Source: an uncultured Gammaproteobacteria bacterium (GTDB lineage Bacteria > Pseudomonadota > Gammaproteobacteria > Pseudomonadales > Halieaceae). From it: DNA of 64,000 bases. The DNA lies in NCBI GenBank assembly GCA_963762235.1, contig CAVXKH010000006.1, positions 17,699-81,698 on the forward strand, read 5' to 3'. Of this stretch, positions 11,898 to 20,701 are shown one piece after another. The notes beneath the pieces are model-generated. The model searched no databases. It was not told the DNA's origin and saw only the letters and a program-made list of their open reading frames with translations. Each line of letters opens with the position of its first letter. The first letter of the stretch is position 1. The position numbers and the translations under genes were made by a program.

Positions 11898-12341
11898 ATG
11901 AACTATTCTCACCTGACACAAACCAAATCCCGCACTGCCATGGCGGCACGGGACATTCTCTCGATAAAACGTCAAGGCGCGGTGGCGGCCTTGATCCTGG
12001 TACTGGCGCTAGGGGCGAGTGTGCTGGCGGGCAGTCCGTCCGCGTATGCACAAGGGCAAAAGCCTGCCTCGACGCCCGCAGACGTGCCCGTAGCAAAGTC
12101 GGCTGCAAAGCCGGCAGAAAAGCCTGCGGCAACGCCTGAAGTTACCCGGGTGAATATCAACACAGCCGATGCTCACACCCTGGCAGCCAATCTCAAGGGA
12201 GTGGGCGAAGCCCGGGCGATGGAGATCGTGCGCTATCGCGAGGCCTATGGCCCCTTTGCCTCTGCGGAAGAGCTCACAGAGGTGAAGGGAATCGGAAAAT
12301 CCACGCTACAGATGAACCTCGATGTAATAACACTGGAATAA
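11898..12341 (+). CDS. comEA: ComEA-family helix-hairpin-helix DNA-binding protein (secreted or periplasmic)
   Basis: Signal-like N-terminus and an Ala/Pro/Lys-rich linker. The C-terminal HhH is VNINTADAHTLAANLKGVGEARAMEIVRYREAYGPFASAEELTEVKGIGKSTL. Confidence 0.8.
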   Translation: MNYSHLTQTKSRTAMAARDILSIKRQGAVAALILVLALGASVLAGSPSAYAQGQKPASTPADVPVAKSAAKPAEKPAATPEVTRVNINTADAHTLAANLKGVGEARAMEIVRYREAYGPFASAEELTEVKGIGKSTLQMNLDVITLE

Positions 12342-12362
12342 GCCAAGCGCATCCGTATTATT

Positions 12363-12385
12363 AGGGGGCCATTGCCCCCTTTTTC
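12363..12385 (+). terminator. Rho-independent terminator after comEA
   Basis: AGGGGGC-catt-GCCCCCT hairpin followed by TTTT. Confidence 0.65.
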
Positions 12386-12404
12386 ACAATAGTGATTCAG
12401 TTTC

Positions 12405-13349
12405 GTGAAATGTTTAGTCAGCGGTGCTACCGGATTCCTCGGTCGCCAGCTATGCCAGCAACTTTTAGCTCGCGGTGACACGGTCATTGCACTGAGCAAA
12501 AACGGCGCGCCACTGGTCAGTGGGGAGCCAACGGTGGCAATGGATCTGGCTGTAAATGATCCCGCTGGCGAGTTATTGCAGGGAGTGGATGTGTTTTTTC
12601 ACCTGGCCGGTATCGCGCACCGACAGGAGCGGGAGTTGGCTTACGAAGAGTTGAATTATCGGGCGACGTTGCGTCTTGCGCGGCTGGCATCGGCCGCCGG
12701 AATCGGTTGTTTCATTTTTCTTAGCAGTGTAAAGGCCATGGGCCCACCCACTTCCGCTGCTGTGCGTTCAGAAAGCGCGGGTGCGCGGCCCCTCGATGCT
12801 TACGGCTTGTCCAAGTGGCAGGCAGAAAGAGCACTGCAGGAGCAGTTTTGTGACGACCCGATGTCAGTCGTGATTGTGCGCCCCGCGCTGGTTTACGGGG
12901 CGAATGTTAAAGGTAATCTGCAGAGACTGGCTAGCGCTGTGCGCCTGGGCTTGCCCAGGCCACCGGAGGGCGGCAGTCGTTCCATGATTGCGCTTGAGGA
13001 TCTGGTCGAACTGCTGTGTGTCATAGCGCGGCGCCGGCCGCCGCCGGGTGTGCATACCTGGATAGCCTGTGGCAGCGAGCGTTATAGCACGCAAGCTATT
13101 TACGACCTGTTGCGCGAGGCCAGTGGCAAGGGCAGGGGGGTTGGCTGGCTGCCGCGTTGGGTTTGGCGAGCGGGGGTCCACCTTCTGGATATGGCCTCCG
13201 GTCGCCGTGACGAGTCTACCTACGACAAGTTGTTTGGTACTGAGCTTTACAGCAATGCGGCGGTATTGCGGGACATGGATTGGCGGCCCCGCATCAGGTT
13301 GGAAGATGTGATCGGAAAAATTGCCGGGGTTGGGAGCACTGATTCGTGA
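12405..13349 (+). CDS. NAD-dependent sugar epimerase/dehydratase (extended SDR)
   Basis: GTG start. N-terminal VSGATGFLGRQL Rossmann motif and catalytic YGLSKWQAE (YxxxK). Overlaps the next gene by 4 nt. Confidence 0.75.
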   Translation: MKCLVSGATGFLGRQLCQQLLARGDTVIALSKNGAPLVSGEPTVAMDLAVNDPAGELLQGVDVFFHLAGIAHRQERELAYEELNYRATLRLARLASAAGIGCFIFLSSVKAMGPPTSAAVRSESAGARPLDAYGLSKWQAERALQEQFCDDPMSVVIVRPALVYGANVKGNLQRLASAVRLGLPRPPEGGSRSMIALEDLVELLCVIARRRPPPGVHTWIACGSERYSTQAIYDLLREASGKGRGVGWLPRWVWRAGVHLLDMASGRRDESTYDKLFGTELYSNAAVLRDMDWRPRIRLEDVIGKIAGVGSTDS

Positions 13350-14332
13350 CGGCAGTGCTGGCCACCCTCGTACTTTCGGTACTAATGTGCGGTCTCTATC
13401 TGCGGTTTGCCCGGGCCCGGCGCTATCTCGATTTGCCCAACGAGCGCAGTTCGCACGCGCAACCGACTCCCACTGGCGGAGGGTTTGCACTGATCTCGGC
13501 ATTGCTGTTGGGCCTGCTGGTGTCAGCATGGCTTTATGGTGCGTGGGATGCATCATTCCTTACGCTGGCTGTTGCTGCCCTGATTCTGATGGTAGTGGGC
13601 GTGATCGATGATCTGCAGGGTTTGTCGGTGCAACTGCGCATGGTGCTGTACAGCGTGGTTTGCCTGCTGGCTGCTACCGCGCTATTGCACGCTGTGGATG
13701 CAGAAAATTTCTTGTCTGGCGGGGCACTGGTACTGCTCGCGGCGCTTGGCCTGCTGTGGACTCTTAATCTGTATAACTTTATGGATGGTATTGACGGCAT
13801 CGCCGCGCTGCAGACGGTGCTCGTATGCAGCGGCGCGGCGTTGCTGTCCTGGGCAACCGGGCACGGTGCTCACTATGCGCTCTTCTGCCTGCTGCTCGCG
13901 GCCGCGCACGGCGGCTTTCTGGTGTGGAATTATCCACCTGCGCGATTATTTATGGGCGATGCCGGCAGCGTCCCCACTGGTTTTTTACTGGCTGCACTGG
14001 CGCTTGTCGGGGCGTTGCAGGGGCTACTCAACCCCCTCAGCTGGTTTGTGTTATTGGCCGTTTTTATCACTGACTCGACCTGGACGTTGCTGTGGCGAAT
14101 GGGCTCAGGGCAGGCCTTTGCACAGCCCCACCGGCTGCATGCCTACCAACGTTTGAGCCGACATTGGGGCTCGCACTTAAAGATGGATATAGCGTTAGTG
14201 GTCATAAACACACTGTGGCTGTTTCCACTTGCCTCGGCGGTGCAAATATGGCCCGAGCACAGCCTATTTCTGGTAATTTTGGCATACCTTCCCCTGTTAT
14301 ACACAATGGCGAAAATTGGTAGATTGGCGTAG
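13346..14332 (+). CDS. Polyprenyl-phosphate N-acetylhexosamine-1-phosphate transferase (MraY/WecA/WbpL family, initiating glycosyltransferase)
   Basis: 328-aa polytopic membrane protein with NLYNFMDGIDGIA and FMGDAGS motifs of the MraY/WecA/WbpL family. Confidence 0.8.
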   Translation: MTAVLATLVLSVLMCGLYLRFARARRYLDLPNERSSHAQPTPTGGGFALISALLLGLLVSAWLYGAWDASFLTLAVAALILMVVGVIDDLQGLSVQLRMVLYSVVCLLAATALLHAVDAENFLSGGALVLLAALGLLWTLNLYNFMDGIDGIAALQTVLVCSGAALLSWATGHGAHYALFCLLLAAAHGGFLVWNYPPARLFMGDAGSVPTGFLLAALALVGALQGLLNPLSWFVLLAVFITDSTWTLLWRMGSGQAFAQPHRLHAYQRLSRHWGSHLKMDIALVVINTLWLFPLASAVQIWPEHSLFLVILAYLPLLYTMAKIGRLA

Positions 14333-14428
14333 ACTTCGGACAGCTTGGGTGCGCTTGAACCGCCATGTTTTGTGCCCGTCATAGCGTTGAGAACAGGAGG
14401 GGACTTGTTGAATCGCCCGGGCAACTTC

Positions 14429-16420
14429 ATGACGCGTTCAGTTGTCGGCTTCTTCGGGAGCTTTCGGGATATCCTCCAAAAAGTGGTAGAACTCCCTCGC
14501 AATATCAAGCAGGCCTGCCTGCTATCGCTTGATATGGTGTATGTTGCTGCCGCCATGTGGTCCGCGGTGGCCCTACGCTATGGACATTTCAATTTCTATC
14601 TGGGCCCCGTGGAGTTCGCCTGTGGCGCGGTGACCATTTTCGTCAGCGCGGTAGTGTTCCTGCGTCTGGGATTATATCGGGCGGTTATCCGGTTCATGGG
14701 GCAGCAGGCTATCTGGGCCATCATAAAGGCTGCTGGTTACTCTACGCTTATCCTTGGGGCCACGGTCTTTCTGGCCCGCGCGGAAGTGCCGCGATCTACA
14801 CCTTTCATCTACTGGGTGTTACTCCTCGTGGGTATCGGGGGCACGAGACTGGTAGTGCGAGCATACTACCAGTCCAAGTTACGTGCCCAGTCCGAGAACG
14901 TGATTATCTACGGTGCGGGACAGTCAGGCCGGCAACTGCTGCACGCCCTGCACCACGTGGAGCAGTATCATCCGGTGGTGTTTGTCGATGATGATCGCTA
15001 CCTGCAGCGCTCGGTGATCAATGGTCTGCAGGTCGCGCGACCGGAAGACATAGAGCAGTTGATCGTCCAGCATGATATCACTCAAGTGTTGCTGGCTATC
15101 CCCTCGGCCTCACCAGAGCGCCGCAAGGAAATCATCAATTCCCTCGTCGGTCTGCCCGTCTATGTGCGAACAGTACCTACGATCAATGAATTGCTGGCCG
15201 GGAAGGCCAGTGTCAACCAGATACGGGATATTGATCTGGACGAGCTGCTCGGCAGGGAGCCCGTGCCGCCGCACCCCGAGTTGATCGAGCGCTGTATCAC
15301 GGACAAGGTCGTGATGGTGACCGGTGCCGGAGGATCCATCGGCGCAGAATTGTGTCGTCAGATTATACGTTCGGGTCCGCAGGAATTGATCTTATTGGAT
15401 AATTCCGAGTATGCCCTGTACAGCATCGAGCGAGAGTTGCGCGAAACCATGGATAGCCTTGGTCTACAGGTGGAACTGATAGCCCTGCTGGGCTCGGTAC
15501 AGGATCAGCATCGTCTGGAGAGTATTTACCGCACCTTCGAAGTGCGTACAGTCTATCATGCTGCGGCTTATAAGCATGTGCCGCTGGTGGAGTACAACAT
15601 TGCCGAGGGTGTCGCCAATAATGTCTTTGGCACTTGGTATGCGGCAGAGGCGGCGCGCAAAGCGGGGGTTGAGACCTTTGTGCTGGTGTCTACCGACAAG
15701 GCGGTGCGTCCCACCAATATCATGGGAGCCTCCAAGCGCCTGGCGGAAATGATATTGCAAGGCCTGGCTCAGCAGAATACATCCACTCGATTTTGCATGG
15801 TGCGATTTGGTAATGTTCTTGGTTCTTCCGGATCGGTGGTGCCACTGTTTCGGCAACAGATCAAGGACGGTGGCCCCGTGACGGTGACACACCCGGATGT
15901 GTCGCGGTATTTCATGAGCATCCCTGAGGCAGCGCAATTGGTACTGCAGGCGGGGGCGATGGGTACTGGTGGGGATGTATTCGTACTGGACATGGGTGAG
16001 CCGGTGCGCATTGTGGATCTGGCGAAGCGCATGATCAGACTCAGTGGTTACGAAATGAGTCATGACACCCACGTGGGTGAGCACATTGATATCGAGTTTA
16101 TCGGACTGCGCCCCGGAGAAAAGCTGCACGAGGAGTTGCTGCTCGGAACCAGGGTGGCCGGGACGGGGCACCCCATGATCATGCGTGCCGAAGAGGAGAG
16201 TTTACCCTTTATCCAGATACAGCGACTGCTTGCAAAATTGAGACGCTACTGCGACACGCTCGACTGCGTTGGTATCAGTGCAGTATTGAGTTCCGCCGTG
16301 AGCGGTTTCAGTGACCATCAGGTCCGCTACGACCACCTGTGGAAAAGGCAGGGCAAAGCTATTGCCTTAGAAGCCACTGCAGTTTCTAACGTGAAGGAAT
16401 TGTTCCCCGATAATTCGTGA
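14429..16420 (+). CDS. wbpM: Membrane-anchored nucleotide-sugar 4,6-dehydratase (WbpM/CapD/PglF type)
   Basis: Four N-terminal TM helices. Two Rossmann motifs are present (IIYGAGQSGRQL; VMVTGAGGSIGAEL) plus YHAAAYKHVPLVE. The ATG at 14429 gives ~663 aa; the ORF track starts at TTG 14345. Confidence 0.85.
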   Translation: MTRSVVGFFGSFRDILQKVVELPRNIKQACLLSLDMVYVAAAMWSAVALRYGHFNFYLGPVEFACGAVTIFVSAVVFLRLGLYRAVIRFMGQQAIWAIIKAAGYSTLILGATVFLARAEVPRSTPFIYWVLLLVGIGGTRLVVRAYYQSKLRAQSENVIIYGAGQSGRQLLHALHHVEQYHPVVFVDDDRYLQRSVINGLQVARPEDIEQLIVQHDITQVLLAIPSASPERRKEIINSLVGLPVYVRTVPTINELLAGKASVNQIRDIDLDELLGREPVPPHPELIERCITDKVVMVTGAGGSIGAELCRQIIRSGPQELILLDNSEYALYSIERELRETMDSLGLQVELIALLGSVQDQHRLESIYRTFEVRTVYHAAAYKHVPLVEYNIAEGVANNVFGTWYAAEAARKAGVETFVLVSTDKAVRPTNIMGASKRLAEMILQGLAQQNTSTRFCMVRFGNVLGSSGSVVPLFRQQIKDGGPVTVTHPDVSRYFMSIPEAAQLVLQAGAMGTGGDVFVLDMGEPVRIVDLAKRMIRLSGYEMSHDTHVGEHIDIEFIGLRPGEKLHEELLLGTRVAGTGHPMIMRAEEESLPFIQIQRLLAKLRRYCDTLDCVGISAVLSSAVSGFSDHQVRYDHLWKRQGKAIALEATAVSNVKELFPDNS

Positions 16421-16469
16421 TCTTTTTTTCGATGAATTGCCAAGGGATGACCCTGCGCGCAGCACAACC

Positions 16470-16887
16470 TCAGTTGTCGTGATCATCCACATCGACTTGT
16501 CCCGTCAGGCGGCGCCTGATATGGGACCACGACATTCCAGAGGCAAGAATCAGCGATAGCACCAGGAGGATGATCCAGGTCAGTTCACTCGGTGAATCCA
16601 GGCTGAGGACTTTGATGTCAATCAACCACCAGATCAGGCAGGCAAAGAGAGCGCCTCCGAGTACAATGCCCAGCAGGCCCAGCGACTCCAGGGTGGCCCT
16701 GAGAAAGACAATCCAGGCGATTAGCAGCGCTATACCGGCCATAGCCATAACCGGGCCGAACTCGCCCTGTTCTAGCCATAACCCAGTTAAAGTAAGAAAA
16801 ATCTGATGGATTGTAGGTTCCGAAAACCAGCACGGCAGCGAAAAGCCACCGCGCGAAGAAGCTGCCTGCCGTAAATTCTGAAGTCAT
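16470..16887 (-). CDS. Small 4-TM membrane protein (DUF6524-like, from memory), with one frame break at ~16760-16800
   Basis: ATG 16887 has a GGGAGA SD and reads MTSEFTAGSFFARWLFAAVLVFGTYNPSDFSYFNWV. The reading then continues only in another frame as ...LEQGEFGPVMAMAGIALLIAWIVFLRATLESLG...RRRLTGQVDVDDHDN. That frame has no ATG upstream of MAMAG. Confidence 0.45.
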
Positions 16888-16939
16888 AACTACCTGTCTC
16901 CCGTTGGTGTTGAGAATATGATAAGCGCAGAGGTTGTTG

Positions 16940-19222
16940 TCAGGATACCCTGGTTGGCGACCTGTTCGGTTGGTGGCCATTTTCCCGCATCCACATTCTC
17001 ACGCTGGCCAGTGATTTGAGTTTGCCCTTCCTGATCGCCCGATCAACATTTTCGTTCACGAATCTAGTGATGGCTGCAGTAATTTGGCGGGCCATATCAT
17101 TGGCCTCATTAGAGGTTGCCATGATCATCAGGTGTGGATTAAGGGGGTCCAGCGGCAATTCTTCCTGTCTTCGCTTCAGCTTGATATAGCGAACCGTGGT
17201 CTGCAGGTCTCCTTCCCCGGACACTCCTTCCTTCTTCTTTCTATGCGCAAGCAGGTAGTCATATTCCTCCTCGTGTCGCCTCGCCGACACGAGGAAATCA
17301 TCCTCATGGACAATGCTCAAAAACGGAATGTCGTATGCCACAATGATATCCAGCGCTTTGAGGTGGCGCCGCTGGTATTCAATAGGATTGTGCATGGCCG
17401 CATTGATTTCCTTGCACATGCCGTAAAAGGAGGCCGTCTTGAGCAAGCGGTTGCCGACCAGGCGCAGAACGTAGGGGCTATTGGTATTTAACATCTTCTG
17501 TTGCACGGTTTTATTGTTCAGCAGCGAGCGAATCAGAAGATTCATGCTGCCAACCAGGGGCTCTGCAAGGCGTGTATCGAGAAAACGGTCCAGTAAGGAC
17601 AGGCTGTCTCGCTCGCTGACAGTCGCGGGTTCTGTAGTAATCAGGTGATCATCCTGTTGCTGGTAGACCCGCTCAAAACCGGAGTAATCCAGTTCTGTTT
17701 TTGAACGATAGTGGGAGATCACGGCCTTGATGTTCTCCCTCGTATGCAGGCCGTCCGCAGGGGCCCAGGCGGCAAGGTGGATCATGCCGCTGGCGCGCAG
17801 GGCGTCAACCAGCTTGCGATCCTTCCCCTGCAGTTTGGCATAGGGCGTGATGGGAGCTTCATAGTTCTGCAGAAGGGACAATAGCAGGTGGTCTGATATC
17901 ACGCCGGCGATGGAGTGTCCCGCGATAGGAGTGGGGCGGCCCTGATCCCATATCTCCAGAATCACCTGCCGCAACACCCGGGCATAGTGAGGAAATATTT
18001 CATCGTTCTCCAGAGTTTTTGCGTGGCTGCCGCGGTGCAGCGCGGACACGGTCCACGCGCTGGGCAAGCGCACCAGAAAATTGGTGAAACTGAAAAGGCC
18101 CATAAATCCATGAAGTAGCAGGATGTGGGGACCCTTGGATTCCTCTCCTGCACGCGTTTCCGCCTTGTTGTAAAGAGTCTTCCCGTGTTCCACGTATTTG
18201 AACTGTGTCTCCTCGAAATGCAGGGATTGTTCGTCTGCGAAGAGGTAGACCTTCTGTGCGATTTCGTAGCTTTCGCGCAACATACGCAGCGGAGTTTCCA
18301 TCACGGTTTGTTCAAAATCGAGCGACTCCTGCATCTCGAAGCGACCCAGCGCACGCAGTTTCAGGTTGCCAGATACGAGTAGCGACACACAGTGGGCGTT
18401 GGTCAATACCCCGCGGTTGAGGGCTACACGCAAGGCCTTCGGCCCGCGCTTGAGAACTATGACTCCGGGTTCCTTGATCAGCAGCTCACGCATATAGGGC
18501 GCGAAGGCTCCCAGAGTGCCATTCTTGCCGATACCGCTGACAATATAGTGAAACTCCATGCTGGCACCCAGTTTGTTGCGGATGTCCTTTTCATAGCGTT
18601 TCGCTTCTGTGTTCGCACGCTTCAGGGCCAGTGGGCGATTGTTGGCATCCAGCGCCTGTTTCACCTGCGCCAGGTTGATAGGATTCACCACAGTAGTAAT
18701 CATCCTGTCGATGATATCGTTCTCGTCCGCGTGGCTTCCGAGCTGCAGCTTTTCCGCAATAGCCCGTGATCCCCGGGCCTTGATCAGCTTGCGCGTCAGC
18801 GGCAGGATGAAATTCGTGATCAGGGATTGTTCGGGGCTTTCCCAGCCAGCTTCACCTGAGGATTCTTCGAGAAAGAAGAAACGCACATGACTAACCCAGT
18901 CAATATTGGCGTACAGATCCTCCACCATCGCCTGATACTGGGCCTTCACTGTGTTTCCCCCGCCCACAGCTACAGTAAAGTATTCGCGCTTGTAGTGTCC
19001 CCACGCAGAGAAGCGATCCTGTTCCCTCCAGTTCCGGTATTTATCTTCCATGATACTGGCGGCATGGCGCGCGGCTGCTGGCAGGTCGGCGGAGATGCCG
19101 ACGTGGATGCCGGCTTCCTCCTGTATCAGTACTGAAGGCCTGGCCTTTGGTTCAAGCCCAAGCCCGCGGCGCGCCTTTCTTGTCGCAGACTGAATCTGGT
19201 GCTTGAAATCCAATCGCTCCAT
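16940..19222 (-). CDS. Fusion protein: N-terminal 6-phosphogluconolactonase/NagB-fold domain (catalytic residues replaced) plus C-terminal alpha/beta-hydrolase domain
   Basis: Intact 760-aa ORF. N-terminal half: FTVAVGGGNT, DWVSHVRFFFLEESSG, HYIVSGIGKNGTLGAFAP, SLLVSGNLKLRAL (6PGL/NagB order). C-terminal half: HILLLHGFMG (oxyanion HG), IAGHSIAG (GxSxG), VHEDDF and NPHLMIM (candidate Asp and His). Confidence 0.6.
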   Translation of the reverse strand: MERLDFKHQIQSATRKARRGLGLEPKARPSVLIQEEAGIHVGISADLPAAARHAASIMEDKYRNWREQDRFSAWGHYKREYFTVAVGGGNTVKAQYQAMVEDLYANIDWVSHVRFFFLEESSGEAGWESPEQSLITNFILPLTRKLIKARGSRAIAEKLQLGSHADENDIIDRMITTVVNPINLAQVKQALDANNRPLALKRANTEAKRYEKDIRNKLGASMEFHYIVSGIGKNGTLGAFAPYMRELLIKEPGVIVLKRGPKALRVALNRGVLTNAHCVSLLVSGNLKLRALGRFEMQESLDFEQTVMETPLRMLRESYEIAQKVYLFADEQSLHFEETQFKYVEHGKTLYNKAETRAGEESKGPHILLLHGFMGLFSFTNFLVRLPSAWTVSALHRGSHAKTLENDEIFPHYARVLRQVILEIWDQGRPTPIAGHSIAGVISDHLLLSLLQNYEAPITPYAKLQGKDRKLVDALRASGMIHLAAWAPADGLHTRENIKAVISHYRSKTELDYSGFERVYQQQDDHLITTEPATVSERDSLSLLDRFLDTRLAEPLVGSMNLLIRSLLNNKTVQQKMLNTNSPYVLRLVGNRLLKTASFYGMCKEINAAMHNPIEYQRRHLKALDIIVAYDIPFLSIVHEDDFLVSARRHEEEYDYLLAHRKKKEGVSGEGDLQTTVRYIKLKRRQEELPLDPLNPHLMIMATSNEANDMARQITAAITRFVNENVDRAIRKGKLKSLASVRMWMRENGHQPNRSPTRVS

Positions 19223-19431
19223 TGTGTGCCCTTTATTTTGAATACCCCGGCCAGGTTGCCGCTATCATGTTGCGGATTGCTGCACCCGCAAAGATAACAC
19301 CGATCTCCACCCAGGTAGATTAAACCAGAATCCGTATACTGATGTCGAAAGTAAAGCAGGGATTGCAGGGTATGTGTGACGAAGGTCCGGGCAGCGCAGT
19401 TTGTCCTGCGCTTCACGCGGGCAAGGGTAGC

Positions 19432-19473
19432 AAAAAGGGGTGGCGAGAAACCCGGCGGGAATCTCGCTACCCC
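19432..19473 (-). terminator. Rho-independent terminator after the diheme cytochrome gene
   Basis: On the minus strand, GGGGTAGCGAGA-(loop)-TCTCGCCACCCC (one mismatch) followed by TTTTT. Confidence 0.6.
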
Positions 19474-19484
19474 TGTGTCAGTGC

Positions 19485-20700
19485 TTAAGGTCCTGAGCAG
19501 ACCACAGGGTCCATCGCATTGATCCAGTCGCGAATCAACTGGACGCCCTCGGTGTGGATTACACTGCGACCGATCTCGGGCATACGCACCTGGGTCTCTT
19601 TTGAGTCCATACGGAAGTCCATGATAGATGCCGCCGCATCTCCGGGCACGATATCGTAGTCAAGATCACCTGCGCCAGGTCCGGCAGCGACAGGTGGTTT
19701 ACATTTGCCCACTTCGGTACTGAACTCGCGCCAATACTCCAGGTACAAGCCTGAGGTATTAGCGGCGCCAGTGACAGGTTGGTGGCAGTGGGCACAGTTG
19801 ACGTCCAGGTACCCCCTGGCGCGTTTGTCCAGATCGGCACTGGTGTCTCCCCATTGGGGAATGGTGTCGATGGAGTCAGTGTCACTCGGCGCGCCAGCGA
19901 GTATGCCTAGCTCGGTCCAGTGATCGAGCTGATTGGCGGTGCCGCTTTCGTAGTCATAGTCCTTATTGAGCGAGCGCGCCTTGGGTCCTATGGGGATCAG
20001 TTCGTCCTCGCCGTGGCAATTGGCGCAGTTGTTTGTATTGGGAATCACGTAATCTGTGGACTGTGAGACACCATTGCATCAACCCAGCTCACATTTTGAG
20101 TGCCACCGGCTACAGTCAGGACAGCTTCGGATTTGTCGGCATTCCAGATATAGGGTAGGGCTTTCCAGCCTTCCTTGCGATGGATCAACACGCGCGTCTC
20201 AATGATCTCCTCGGCGCTGTCAGCCAGGCGCTGATCGGCCTGTATGGCGAAGGTCTTGGCGATGATGGTGCCCACCGGGAAATCGAACACGTCCCGCTCA
20301 CGATACGCGGCTTTCGTCCCTGCAGGGACGAACACGAAGCGATACTTGTTAGCATAGTCGGTGAACAGCGGTGTGTTGAGGTCGTAAATAACGCCACCAC
20401 TGTTAGGCTTGGTGCGCGGATCAGCGGGATCGGCAAACAGGCGGTAGTTCGATAGATTGGGGCAGTCAGCCACATACGCTGCTGTATTAACGCCGGTTCC
20501 CGCAGCATCACACAGAGCTTGCTGTATCGATGGGTGGATTATCGGGGTTATTCGGGTCTACCGGAGGTTCCAGCACAATTGGCGGGAGCGAGGCGTGGCG
20601 GCAGTTAAAGTACTGCGGATCGGTGGAAATTTCAGGATCGTAGGGTCAGACCGCCCAGAATGACCGAGATGTTGAATCGGCCGAGACTGGTTTCAGCGCC
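19485..20700 (-). pseudogene. Diheme c-type cytochrome of the 'SO_2930 family' type (partner of the upstream beta-helix protein), broken by at least 3 frame changes (~20060, ~20525, ~20640)
   Basis: The C-terminal piece (19485-20048) has two CxxCH motifs (CANCHGE, CAHCHQ). The middle piece (20045-20473) reads ...ADCPNLSNYRLFADPADPRTKPNSGGVIYDLNTPLFTDYANKYRFVFVP.... Further upstream, DPQYFNCRHASLPPIVLEPPVDPNNP reads only in other frames. The exact N-terminus is unresolved. Confidence 0.6.
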
Positions 20701-20701
20701 A

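Noticed and set aside
16421-16470. A repeat of the tRNA-Asn 3' end marking the far border of the 24-kb accessory block (att site)
   Set aside because: Visual comparison of tggctccgcctgctgggctcgaacc with the wbpM-proximal border and internal junctions showed no match. A computational search is needed before claiming an island boundary.
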